Source of the DNA: an uncultured Parvularculaceae bacterium
GTDB taxonomy: Bacteria > Pseudomonadota > Alphaproteobacteria > Caulobacterales > Parvularculaceae
Direction of reading: 5' to 3'
DNA length: 64,000 nt
Assembly: GCA_938015425.1 (NCBI GenBank)
Contig: CALLPQ010000030.1
Coordinates: 2,649-66,648 of the forward strand
A model generated the notes under the pieces. The model had not been told where the DNA came from, searched no databases, and worked only from the letters and a program-made list of their open reading frames with translations. Made by a program: the position numbers and the translations under genes. Positions 1 to 9,409 of the stretch are shown piece by piece; the first letter of the stretch is position 1, and each line of letters starts with the position of its first letter.

Positions 1-951
1 AATATCGGCGATCTTGTTCCTTACACGATTACAGTGACAAACACGGAAGATTTGCCGCGTATTGATCTTGATCTTGTGGATTTCACACCGCCTGGGTTCA
101 AATTTGTGCGCGATAGTGCTCGCCTGAACGGGTTGGCGATTAGCCCTGAAGTTGATGGTCGCAATTTGATCGTTAATGATGTGGATTTTGCCGGAAACCA
201 AACTCAGACGCTTTCACTGGTTCTCGTGGTTGGTGCAGGTGTTAGCGAGGGGGTTTTCACAAACGAAGCCTTTGTTAGAGACCTGTTGGGTGAAGAAGTA
301 TCTTTACGTGCCCAAGCCCGTGTACGGATTAGTCCGGACCCGTTATTTGATTGTTCGGAAGTGATCGGTAAAGTCTTTGATGATAAAAACAAAGATGGTT
401 ATCAAACACAAGGTGAACCTGGTCTTGCTGGTGTTAGGTTAGCGACGGCAACAGGCCTGGTTATCACTACAGATCCATATGGGCGCTATCATATTACCTG
501 TGCGGCGGTGCCAAACGGGCAAATTGGATCGAACTTTATTCTAAAGGTTGATGAGAAAAGTCTGCCCACAGGATATCACCCAACGTCCGAAAATCCACGC
601 GTTATCCGTCTCACACGCGGTAAAGTGAGTAAAGCAAACTTTGCGGCAGCTTTGGAAAACGTTCTGACACTAGAATTGAATGATGATGCTTTCGTTGCGA
701 ATACGACATCCCTAAAAGACGAATATTCTGGTCAGCTCGATGCCGTTATCGAGGCGTTGAAAGGACAAGAGTCCACGTTGCGATTGCATTATGTGACTTC
801 GTCTAATGCGCAACAGGATCGAATTTCACAGCTTGCAGATCAAATCCAATCTATGTGGGAAACCTATGGTGATGATTATGATCTGAATATTGAACGCAAA
901 ACCACTATTGCCAATCCGAGCCGAACGACCACCACAGGGGAGGAAGGGTAA
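1..951 (+). CDS. Repeat-containing surface/adhesin-like protein, C-terminal part (DUF11-type repeat plus SdrD B-like domain); 5' end outside window
   Basis: Frame 1 is open from base 1 (NIGDLVPYTITVTNTEDL...), so the GTG at 34 is internal. DUF11-like YTITVTN...FTPPGF motif. SdrD-B-like GKVFDDKNKDGYQTQGEPGLAGVRL...TDPYGRYHI. TAA at 949-951. Confidence 0.7.
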   Translation, partial: NIGDLVPYTITVTNTEDLPRIDLDLVDFTPPGFKFVRDSARLNGLAISPEVDGRNLIVNDVDFAGNQTQTLSLVLVVGAGVSEGVFTNEAFVRDLLGEEVSLRAQARVRISPDPLFDCSEVIGKVFDDKNKDGYQTQGEPGLAGVRLATATGLVITTDPYGRYHITCAAVPNGQIGSNFILKVDEKSLPTGYHPTSENPRVIRLTRGKVSKANFAAALENVLTLELNDDAFVANTTSLKDEYSGQLDAVIEALKGQESTLRLHYVTSSNAQQDRISQLADQIQSMWETYGDDYDLNIERKTTIANPSRTTTTGEEG

Positions 952-954
952 ATC

Positions 955-3900
955 ATGACTTATTCATTTAAAAAATCAACTCGTTTTGTAACTGTTTCAG
1001 CTTTAGCGTTGACGACCTTCCTATCTAGTCAAACCCATATCGTACGTGCACAAACGACTGACGTACCGGAATTTTCCTGGGGCTTCGATCGTGAAAATGC
1101 TGAAATTGATCAAAAGCTGGCACAGGCAAACATCCAGATTAAATATGATGGTCTTGATGTGTCGCCTTACTTGAATGTCACCGCTAATCAAGGTGATGTC
1201 ACTGTGAGCCGTAGTGAGCCTGTTCAATTTAAAACCTATTGGAATTACGGCACCTTTATCAAAAAGGCAGAGGTTAGACTGTTTGCAAGTGACCAGTCGG
1301 TGCAGTCGAAACCGCTTATGACTTTGCCTTTAGGGGATGATCAAACAGCAAGTCTGGTTGCTAATCGCTCTTTGCCTGACGATCTTATATATGTTGTTCG
1401 GGTTTTTGATGATGCGGGCCGGTTTGATGAGACAGCACCTAAAATCTTGAGCTTTGTTCAAGATGTTAGTCTTCCTAAGGTTCCAGACCTTAGCGATGAA
1501 TTGCGCAGTGGAGAACCGGAAAATGTTGAAATTGGGTTTGGTATTGACCGAACATCCATCCGGAATATTAAAGTCAAAGGGGGAGGTGTAACTGTTTATG
1601 GTACGGGTCTGACCGATACGGCCAATGTAAATGTACAAGGTCAATCCGCATTGGTTGACGATAATGGAAAATTCCTTGTGCAAATGATCTTGCCATTTGG
1701 TGATCATGCCATGAACATTACGGTTGATGACCAAGGGCAGACCGACAGGTTTGAACGTGATATCCATCTTGATGAGACAGAGTTTTTCTATGTGGCGATC
1801 GGGGATGTTACTCTAGGGTCAAGTGATGCTGTTGGCCCTGCCGATTTTTTTGCTGAAGATGACCGTGATTTTGATGATGTTACAGCGATTGGTCGCGGTG
1901 CTTTCTATCTTAAAGGCCGTGTAAAAGGTGATATTAAGGTGACGGCGGCTTTAGATACGGGAGAAGACCGTATTGGAGATGTGTTCCGTAATCTTGATGA
2001 TAAGGATCCGCGTCAGCTTTTAAGACGTCTTGATGCTGATCGTTTTGTGCCAGTCTATGGTGATGACAGTACATTGGTTGAGGATGCGCCAACGCAAGGC
2101 CGGTTTTATGCAAAAGTAGAAAAGAATGACAGTCATATCCTTTGGGGTAATTTTGCAACCCAGATTACGGGAACTGAATTTGCTCATCTAGATCGTGGTC
2201 TTTACGGCGGTATTTTGGATTATAATAGCCAAGATGCGACTTCATATGGGGAACGGCGAACACAAATCACAGGCTTTGCTGCTGACCCGGGGACAATTCC
2301 GGCCCGCGAGGAGTTTCGTGGAACGGGCGGTTCTGTTTACTTTTTGGAACGCCAAGATCTTTCGATTGGTTCAGAACGTGTTCGGATTGAAATCCGCGAT
2401 AAAGTCTCCGGACTAGTGATAGAAACCCGTGATTTGCGTCCACAAGAAGATTATGACGTTGATTATATTCAAGGGCGGATATTGTTAAGTGATCCTTTGC
2501 AATCGACCGTTCGAGATAATCAGGTTGTGCGTGATAGTGCCTTGTCAGGCAATGACGCTTTCCTTGTTGTTCGTTATGAATTCACGCCGACCTTGTCGAA
2601 TGTTGATGGCTTTACCTTTGGTGGGCGTGCAACCCATTGGATTGGTGATGCGTTGCGATTGGGTGTAACCGGACAAAATGAAGAAACGGGGTCTGCGGAT
2701 CAAAACCTATTGGGTGTTGACTTCTTGCTGCGCCAGTCTGCTGGAACATACCTTAAAGGTGAATTTGCCCAGACGGATGGGCCGGCCTTTGATCAGTCAA
2801 GGTCTGCTGATGGTGGGTTCACTTTTGGCAGTGTTTCCGGACAAGGCGCTCAAGATAAATCTCAAGCCTATCGTATTGAAGGGGCGATTGATCTAGCGGA
2901 TTTTTCTGCGGCTGAAGGTCAAGTCACCGCCTATTACGATCGGCAAGATGACGGATTTAGCGGATCTAACCGTTTAGTTGCGGGTGATGTCGAACGTTTT
3001 GGCGGATCTTTATCAGGTAAAGTGACGGCCAATACTGAAGCGGCGGTTAAATATGATGAAATCCGTTCAACGGTTCGCGGTTTAACCCGCGCCATTTATG
3101 GGGATATTCGTCATCAGTTTACGGAAAATTTTAAAGCGGAACTTGGTCTACGTTATGACGAAGCCCGTATTAATGGCACCGCCGTGCGTCCTAGTGTTGA
3201 CGGCAGCCGGACAGATTTATCCGGTCAGCTAAATTATAAGGTGAATGATCGTTTGTCTTTGTTTAGTTTCGGACAAGCCACGCTTGATCGTGACCAAAGC
3301 CGTCAACGAAATAATCGCTTTGGTGTTGGTGGTGATGTTAAAATTAATAACCGTTTATCGCTACAAGGTGAAGTATCAGAAGGTAGCGGCGGCATAGGGG
3401 CGAATGCCCAGGCCACTTTTGCCCGTAGTGATAATTCCGAATTTTACCTTGGCTATGCTCTGTCTACAGATAGAACAGACACAGGGTTTTCAACTGCTAA
3501 CCAATCATTAGTGAATGCCGGAACTTTAACATTGGGTGGGCGCACACGTTATAGCGATAGCCTGAGTGTTTATGGTGAAGAACGCCGCGGGTTTGGTCGC
3601 TCACAAAGCTCGCAATCCCATGTGTATGGACTGACATTTAATCCATCACAAGTTTGGAGTTTTGGCGCTAGTGTTGAAAACGGTAGTATTGAAGATGATG
3701 TGAACGGTGTGTTCGACAGAACGGCTTTCTCAGTTTCTGCGGCACGCGCCTCGGAAAAGGTCCGTTTCTCTACTAATCTGGAAGCTCGATTTGAAGAAAA
3801 CCAGCAAGGCGGGGTTGATCGTGACCGTACAACTTGGTTGGTGCGCAATACGCTATCCGTTAAACTAAACCCTGATTGGACAGCGTTAGGGCGATTCAAT

Positions 3901-4464
3901 TTTGCAATATCTGAGAGTGATCAAGAAAACTTTTTGGATTCTGATTTTGTTGAAGGGGTTGTTGGCGCAGCCTACCGCCCTGTTAGAAATGATCGTCTCA
4001 ATGCATTGGTTAGCTATACATATTTTGAGGATCTGGCACCTGCTCAACAAATTTCAGCAGGCGGTGTATCCGCATTGCCGCGTCAACGAAGTGAGATATT
4101 AAATATTGATGCGACTTATAATCTAACCCGAAAACTATCAATTGGCGGGAAATATGGTTTCCGAAAAGGTGAAGTTGCCCTTGATCGACTAAGTGATGAT
4201 TTTATTGTCAGTAATGCTCAATTAGGCATTATACGTCTTGATTATCATGTGGTCAGTAAATGGGACCTATTGGTTGAGGGACGGATACTATCTACCTCAC
4301 TTGCTGATGATGAACGGTTTGGCGCGCTTTTAGGGGTCTATCGTCATGTTGGCGGGAATGCAAAGATTGGTGCGGGTTATAGTTTCTCTCGCTTCTCTCA
4401 TGATTTACGTGATTTTAATGATAATAATAATGGCTTCTTTGTTAATCTGATCGGTAAATTCTAA
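955..4464 (+). CDS. Very large outer-membrane beta-barrel protein (1169 aa) with signal peptide and Ig-like N-terminal region
   Basis: ATG lies 3 nt after the upstream stop. Signal peptide KKSTRFVTVSALALTTFLSSQTHIVRAQT. Ig-like stretch VTVYGTGL...NITVDDQG. About 850 aa of strand-like G/S/T/Y/R/D-rich sequence. Ends ...FFVNLIGKF (C-terminal Phe typical of OM barrels). Confidence 0.7.
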   Translation: MTYSFKKSTRFVTVSALALTTFLSSQTHIVRAQTTDVPEFSWGFDRENAEIDQKLAQANIQIKYDGLDVSPYLNVTANQGDVTVSRSEPVQFKTYWNYGTFIKKAEVRLFASDQSVQSKPLMTLPLGDDQTASLVANRSLPDDLIYVVRVFDDAGRFDETAPKILSFVQDVSLPKVPDLSDELRSGEPENVEIGFGIDRTSIRNIKVKGGGVTVYGTGLTDTANVNVQGQSALVDDNGKFLVQMILPFGDHAMNITVDDQGQTDRFERDIHLDETEFFYVAIGDVTLGSSDAVGPADFFAEDDRDFDDVTAIGRGAFYLKGRVKGDIKVTAALDTGEDRIGDVFRNLDDKDPRQLLRRLDADRFVPVYGDDSTLVEDAPTQGRFYAKVEKNDSHILWGNFATQITGTEFAHLDRGLYGGILDYNSQDATSYGERRTQITGFAADPGTIPAREEFRGTGGSVYFLERQDLSIGSERVRIEIRDKVSGLVIETRDLRPQEDYDVDYIQGRILLSDPLQSTVRDNQVVRDSALSGNDAFLVVRYEFTPTLSNVDGFTFGGRATHWIGDALRLGVTGQNEETGSADQNLLGVDFLLRQSAGTYLKGEFAQTDGPAFDQSRSADGGFTFGSVSGQGAQDKSQAYRIEGAIDLADFSAAEGQVTAYYDRQDDGFSGSNRLVAGDVERFGGSLSGKVTANTEAAVKYDEIRSTVRGLTRAIYGDIRHQFTENFKAELGLRYDEARINGTAVRPSVDGSRTDLSGQLNYKVNDRLSLFSFGQATLDRDQSRQRNNRFGVGGDVKINNRLSLQGEVSEGSGGIGANAQATFARSDNSEFYLGYALSTDRTDTGFSTANQSLVNAGTLTLGGRTRYSDSLSVYGEERRGFGRSQSSQSHVYGLTFNPSQVWSFGASVENGSIEDDVNGVFDRTAFSVSAARASEKVRFSTNLEARFEENQQGGVDRDRTTWLVRNTLSVKLNPDWTALGRFNFAISESDQENFLDSDFVEGVVGAAYRPVRNDRLNALVSYTYFEDLAPAQQISAGGVSALPRQRSEILNIDATYNLTRKLSIGGKYGFRKGEVALDRLSDDFIVSNAQLGIIRLDYHVVSKWDLLVEGRILSTSLADDERFGALLGVYRHVGGNAKIGAGYSFSRFSHDLRDFNDNNNGFFVNLIGKF

Positions 4465-4522
4465 GCCTATTCACTCATGTCTAACAGTGCAATCGCTGTG
4501 CCAGATTAATGTCCTAAACAAT

Positions 4523-4561
4523 AAACAGCCCCGGTTTTTAAAACCGGGGCTGTTTGATTTT
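4523..4561. terminator. Bidirectional intrinsic terminator hairpin between convergent genes
   Basis: AAACAGCCCCGGTT-loop-AACCGGGGCTGTTT perfect stem, flanked by an A-run and a T-run. Confidence 0.8.
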
Positions 4562-4583
4562 AAACTTCTACCGTAAACAGATA

Positions 4584-5270
4584 TTATGCGTCGCTTGTAT
4601 CTTCATCTTCCGAGAAATTTGCGAACACTTTATCAAGATCGACTTTGCTGTTTGCCTCGTCGTCTTGGGCGCTCTCGTTTGGCACTGCAAGGGTTTCTTC
4701 AACCGGTTTTAAGGTCGGCCCTTCTTTTGGTGGCGGGTTTAGTTTAGCCATTCTGGCCGCTGCCTTGGATACAGCCGCATCAAGATCAATTTGTGAGCAA
4801 AGGCCTAACCCAACGGGGTCGCGTGGCTCTAAATTGGCGGAGTTCCAATGGCTACGGTCTCGTATAGCTGTGATCGTCGATTTGGTTGTGCCTAAAAGTT
4901 TTGAAATTTGTGCGTCGCGCATTTCAGGGTGGTTTTTCACCAACCATGCAATCGCATCAGGGCGGTTTTGACGTTTAGATACGGGTGTGTAACGCGGTCC
5001 CTTTTTGGTTTCGGCGACAATAGTTTTTGGCCGTGACAGTTTTAGTTTGTAATTGGGGTCTTCTTGCCCTTTTTCGATTTCATCACGGGTGAGTTGATTG
5101 GTCGTAATCGGATCAATACCACGCACGCCGCCGCCTACATCGCCGTCAGCAATACCTTTCACCTGTAAAGGGTGAAGACGGCAAAAATCTGCAACCTGAT
5201 CGAATGTAAGGGCAGTATTGTCAATCAGCCAGACCGCTGTGGCTATGGGCATTAAAGGTGTATCGGCCAT
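4584..5270 (-). CDS. DUF1013 family protein (alphaproteobacterial cell-cycle-associated regulator family)
   Basis: MADTPLMPIATAVWLIDNTALTFDQVADFC... matches the conserved DUF1013 N-terminus. ATG at 5270 has GGAGA 5 nt upstream. The longer ORF to 5396 is an unsupported extension. Confidence 0.8.
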   Translation of the reverse strand: MADTPLMPIATAVWLIDNTALTFDQVADFCRLHPLQVKGIADGDVGGGVRGIDPITTNQLTRDEIEKGQEDPNYKLKLSRPKTIVAETKKGPRYTPVSKRQNRPDAIAWLVKNHPEMRDAQISKLLGTTKSTITAIRDRSHWNSANLEPRDPVGLGLCSQIDLDAAVSKAAARMAKLNPPPKEGPTLKPVEETLAVPNESAQDDEANSKVDLDKVFANFSEDEDTSDA

Positions 5271-5458
5271 GATGTCTCCATTTTGGTGCCAACCGAAAAG
5301 CTGGCCATTATTATTAATGCGGCAGGCCATTTCAGGTCTGCCAGCTTGCCACCATAATATTTTGAATTTGGGGGAAAGCGCATATGCATTAAGCACTTAA
5401 GACATATATAGGGGCATTTTTCCGCCAAGCCAAGGCTATAATGAGAAAAAGAGCCCCT

Positions 5459-5627
5459 AGAGCCTAAATCAAAACCGAGAAGCACTCTCAGCAGGTTGTA
5501 AATCAGACATTTATTTCAACAAATTCATACGGTTCCGGCTCTGCCTTTATAAAATGAGAGCCTAACTCAAATCGCTAAGCCCGCTCAGCAGGTCGTAAAT
5601 CAGACATTTATTACAACAATTTCAGCC
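5459..5627 (+). repeat. Dispersed intergenic repeat family, locus A (one full unit plus one 3'-truncated unit)
   Basis: The core CAGCAGGT[TC]GTAAATCAGACATTTATT[TA]CAACAA occurs twice (5490-5542 and 5586-5627), each preceded by a GAGCCT head box. Same family as 11135, 20211 and 53964. Confidence 0.85.
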
Positions 5628-5704
5628 TATCGTGATGTGTGTTCCTAATGCTCATTTCGCGTGATATTTTATAATAAGCATTTGATTATAATATATAATT
5701 TTGA

Positions 5705-7330
5705 TTATCGGGCTTCCTGCTCATTTAGCCTATCTTGTCGCCATCCGCTAACCTCGAAGAAATAGAGGGTTCGCTCCCTCTTTTCGCGGCCTCTTCCCCG
5801 GGGGATATCGACGCTATTTTTGCCAACCAAAACAACATTTTCAAACCAGGGGGTGACCCCAACCGCGTCGGGATTAAGGGTTACGTATAGGACTTTGTCA
5901 TATTGTCCGGGAACAAATTTATGGAAAGCCTCATAATGGCTATCGATTTTATTGTTTGAGTTCCAGCCGATAATTGGCTTCTCATTTGGTTTACCCCGAT
6001 AAAGTCCGCCATAATAGATGATTTCGCCAGTTAGTTTTCGCTCATCAACCATGACTGCGTCATAATTGGAAATTTGTTGCTCGATAAAAGGGGCTTGTTT
6101 ATCCCATCCCCGCACATGTTTTATGGCGTTGGAAAGTCCGGCAGCGTCCGCAAGCCAAAAGTTTGAAACACCAATAGAAAAGAAAAATGTTAAACCGATA
6201 AGGGCCCAATGATTGAGCCACAAGACCCACCGTTTTTCAGTGCGGATAAGCCATAAAATAGCAAGGATTAACATTGCAGGATAAGCCGTTGCCGCCCAAT
6301 TGGCATGCGCACGGGATATAAACGCTTGTATACTGACAATGATTAAAGGTGTTAAACAGAAAAGAACCAGAAGTTTTTCTGCGGCTTCATCTTGGGAGAT
6401 TATCGGCGTGGATTTTTTAGGCGAGAACAATCCCACCAAAAAGGTCAATAACAAAAACGGGCCGATAATTGCAATTTGTGAAACAAGAAATTCCAATAAT
6501 TCAATAGGTTTAAAAAGATTACCTTGCCAGTTTGCGTTATCTGCTGTGTGGGTTACAGTTTGGAAACCGTGTTGAATATTCCATAAGATATTCGGGGTGA
6601 TGATGATGAGCATGATGCCGATCGCAATCGCAACGGAGCGGATGATCGATTTCCTGCGGAAGCTGGGCACTAATATAAATCCAGCTAAAATTGCAATGAC
6701 AAAATAAATCATGGCGTATTTTGTCATCATGCCAAGACCAAGACACACCCCGAGGCAGAGAATATCAACGATGGGTGTCTGATTGTTTAGAGTCTCAGGA
6801 TTGGCTGTTACAGGCATTGTTAAGGCGGAAGGGTGATGGGGCTTTGATAGAATATGCAAAGATGGTTTTATAATGCGCATCAAGAATAATAAGCTGCCGC
6901 TCCAGAAAAACAGCAAAGGGGTATCCACAGAAATTAATGATGATGAAAAGACAATACCGGGCAGGATAACCCATCCGGTTCCCACCCAGAAGCCGGCTCT
7001 CGAACTATAGAGGTGGTTTGCTAGTGCATATAAAAATAAAGCAGTACCCAAATGAAATAAGGGTGAAGCCAAACGGATAGCCCAAACTTCATGGCCGAAA
7101 ATTCCCGTTGTGAAAGCGATGATCCACGCAATCGTGGGGGGTTTGGAATAATATCCAAAATCCAAGGACCGGCTCCAAAACCAGTATTGGGCTTCATCCG
7201 GTCCTAGATCGATATTGCTGGTCCATAAAACGATGAGGCGGATAAAGGTAATGAATAAAACAAAAACCATGAAGCTTTGTTTGTGTTTTTTCTCGATGGT
7301 ATTTCCAAGAGTGCGAAAAAAAGAAATCAT
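5705..7330 (-). CDS. GT-C fold glycosyltransferase, family 39 (ArnT/PMT-like)
   Basis: Polytopic membrane protein. N-terminal loop motif GPDEAQYWFWSRSLDFGYYSKPP is typical of ArnT-like enzymes. Soluble C-terminal domain. Confidence 0.8.
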   Translation of the reverse strand: MISFFRTLGNTIEKKHKQSFMVFVLFITFIRLIVLWTSNIDLGPDEAQYWFWSRSLDFGYYSKPPTIAWIIAFTTGIFGHEVWAIRLASPLFHLGTALFLYALANHLYSSRAGFWVGTGWVILPGIVFSSSLISVDTPLLFFWSGSLLFLMRIIKPSLHILSKPHHPSALTMPVTANPETLNNQTPIVDILCLGVCLGLGMMTKYAMIYFVIAILAGFILVPSFRRKSIIRSVAIAIGIMLIIITPNILWNIQHGFQTVTHTADNANWQGNLFKPIELLEFLVSQIAIIGPFLLLTFLVGLFSPKKSTPIISQDEAAEKLLVLFCLTPLIIVSIQAFISRAHANWAATAYPAMLILAILWLIRTEKRWVLWLNHWALIGLTFFFSIGVSNFWLADAAGLSNAIKHVRGWDKQAPFIEQQISNYDAVMVDERKLTGEIIYYGGLYRGKPNEKPIIGWNSNNKIDSHYEAFHKFVPGQYDKVLYVTLNPDAVGVTPWFENVVLVGKNSVDIPRGRGREKRERTLYFFEVSGWRQDRLNEQEAR

Positions 7331-7431
7331 TAGGGTTTGGGCTTTTTAAGATATGAGTTTTGGGAAGTGATATAGGCAATAGGCGATATTGGTTCACTAA
7401 GCCAGTCTGATTGATATAACGGGTTGGTTAT

Positions 7432-9210
7432 CTATGAGGCGAGCGTAAAGAATTTCAATGTAACATTTTGACCATTGGAATAGTTGAGGCCATGCACCTT
7501 GCCAAGGTCTTTTACCACTAGATTCTCTTGGGAGATAAGAGCGTAAAAGGCTTTTTCGAATTTTTCTTCAATAATAACAGTTTGGTTGGGTATCGTGCGA
7601 AGGGCCACTATAATCTCGTCCAGATCGTTGGTCAGCTTGGTGTGGGTGCCCAATAGAAAAACGATTGAGGGCTCTGAATATCCGGCTATGAAGATCGGGG
7701 GTGCGGGTTCATTTTTATTGTCTTGAACATTAAGGGGGTGGCGGGCCAAAACCTCCAGTTTTTTTGAAATTGCCGGCGAAACGTGCAGCTTATCGAGTGA
7801 GGGCAGTGTGATGTTTAAGGCGATGGCAAGAGTCATAAAAGAGGAAAAAATAGCTCCCCAATTTGCAAATTTCAGATTTAATTTCCAATAATGATAGGCG
7901 TTAAAGAAGGTGAAAAGAAATATAAAAACGGCACTTAATATTGCGCCACTCCCTAAGGAAGTGGTTTTAAAAAAGTTTGGCAATATGAAAAGCGTAAGGG
8001 CAAAAATTATTCCCACTGTCAAATAAACGAGAGCACCAGCACGTAAAAATAAAACCCGCTTATCCGGATTTGCAGTCGTGTTCGAAACTGATGTTTGCAC
8101 TACGGTTTTTAAGGTATAGGCACAAAGTAAAATAATCGGCGGGTAAAGAGGTAAGACATAATGGGGAAGTTTTGTTGCCGTAAGCTCAAAAATTATCCAG
8201 CTGGGGACAAGCCAAACCAATAGAAAATAGATGGACGGCATGTGACGATGTTTGAAAGCTGTAAAGGCCGCCAAAGGTAAGAGAGCAGCAGCAGGCCATA
8301 ATAATACAGGCAATAAGAGTAAGTGATAGCCCGGCATACCAAAATGGCTTTCTTGTACGCTCGCAACTTTACCTAATAAATCGTTACCCAGTGCCTGGGA
8401 AAAAAACCGCCCTTGGGTGGCGCGGCTAATCGCAAAAGCCCAAGGGGCAATACATAGAATAAGGATCCCCAAACCCATTAGGGGTTTAAGGTTGTGACGC
8501 AAACCCGATGCATTTGTTAAAACGCGATTTAACAGTGTTTTATGGGGAGGGCTGTTTGCAGGGCTGAGAGGGGATAGCATAAGCCCCCCAATGGTTATAA
8601 AAATAATAAGCGGGGCAATGGGGCCTTTTAACAAAACGGCGCCGCCTAAAGCGAACCAGAAGAGGATCGCCCATAGGATAGATGATAATTTTTTTACCGT
8701 GTGTTGGTGATAAAAGTCCGTATAAAGCTTTGCTAAGACCAGTTGGCTTATACATATTACCCCAAGTAACATTGCATCGGTTTTGGCAATTGTGGCCTCG
8801 CCCATAAGCGAAGGTGCCGCCCCAAGCATCATGGCGGCGATAAAAGCTGTTTGCCGATCAAATAAAATAAGGCCGATACGCCACGTCATCACCATGGCAA
8901 GGATTGCCCCTAAAACGGAGGGTAAGCGATAAGCCCAAATTTCGCGAGCATGTTCGTTTGAGAATAGAGATACGCTGATCGCCTGCAGCCAATAAATGCC
9001 GCCGGGTTTTTTATTGCGTTCTTCGCTTTGGAACCGGATCGTAATATAATCGTTGCTTTCCAGCATTTGGGTGCTGGCTTGGGCAAAACGGGTTTCGTCG
9101 CGGTCGAGGGGGGGAAGGGTGGTTAAGCCGGGTAAGCTTGCCAATAAGCCAAAGATGATGATTGATATCAATACGAGCAGCGGCTTTTGTAAGAATTGCT
9201 CAAACCGCAT
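7432..9210 (-). CDS. GT-C fold glycosyltransferase, family 39 (ArnT/PMT_2-like), second paralogue
   Basis: LPPLDRDETRFAQASTQMLE...KKPGGIYWLQA loop motif, more than 10 predicted TM segments, AGAGGA SD before the ATG at 9210. Confidence 0.8.
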   Translation of the reverse strand: MRFEQFLQKPLLVLISIIIFGLLASLPGLTTLPPLDRDETRFAQASTQMLESNDYITIRFQSEERNKKPGGIYWLQAISVSLFSNEHAREIWAYRLPSVLGAILAMVMTWRIGLILFDRQTAFIAAMMLGAAPSLMGEATIAKTDAMLLGVICISQLVLAKLYTDFYHQHTVKKLSSILWAILFWFALGGAVLLKGPIAPLIIFITIGGLMLSPLSPANSPPHKTLLNRVLTNASGLRHNLKPLMGLGILILCIAPWAFAISRATQGRFFSQALGNDLLGKVASVQESHFGMPGYHLLLLPVLLWPAAALLPLAAFTAFKHRHMPSIYFLLVWLVPSWIIFELTATKLPHYVLPLYPPIILLCAYTLKTVVQTSVSNTTANPDKRVLFLRAGALVYLTVGIIFALTLFILPNFFKTTSLGSGAILSAVFIFLFTFFNAYHYWKLNLKFANWGAIFSSFMTLAIALNITLPSLDKLHVSPAISKKLEVLARHPLNVQDNKNEPAPPIFIAGYSEPSIVFLLGTHTKLTNDLDEIIVALRTIPNQTVIIEEKFEKAFYALISQENLVVKDLGKVHGLNYSNGQNVTLKFFTLAS

Positions 9211-9409
9211 TATCCTCTGATCCTTTCTTAACAGTAAGCGACCTTAAATTGGGCACAATATTGTTGTCGTAATAAAATTTTATCAGATTGGGTAAGATTT
9301 GAGATAGTGAAAAAGAATGTTATGGCTATATGGTGCCTATATACTGGATGAAGCTTCAAGCGTCATCTTATAATCGAGCAGGTTTTGTAAAAAACATAGA
9401 TGTAAAGAT

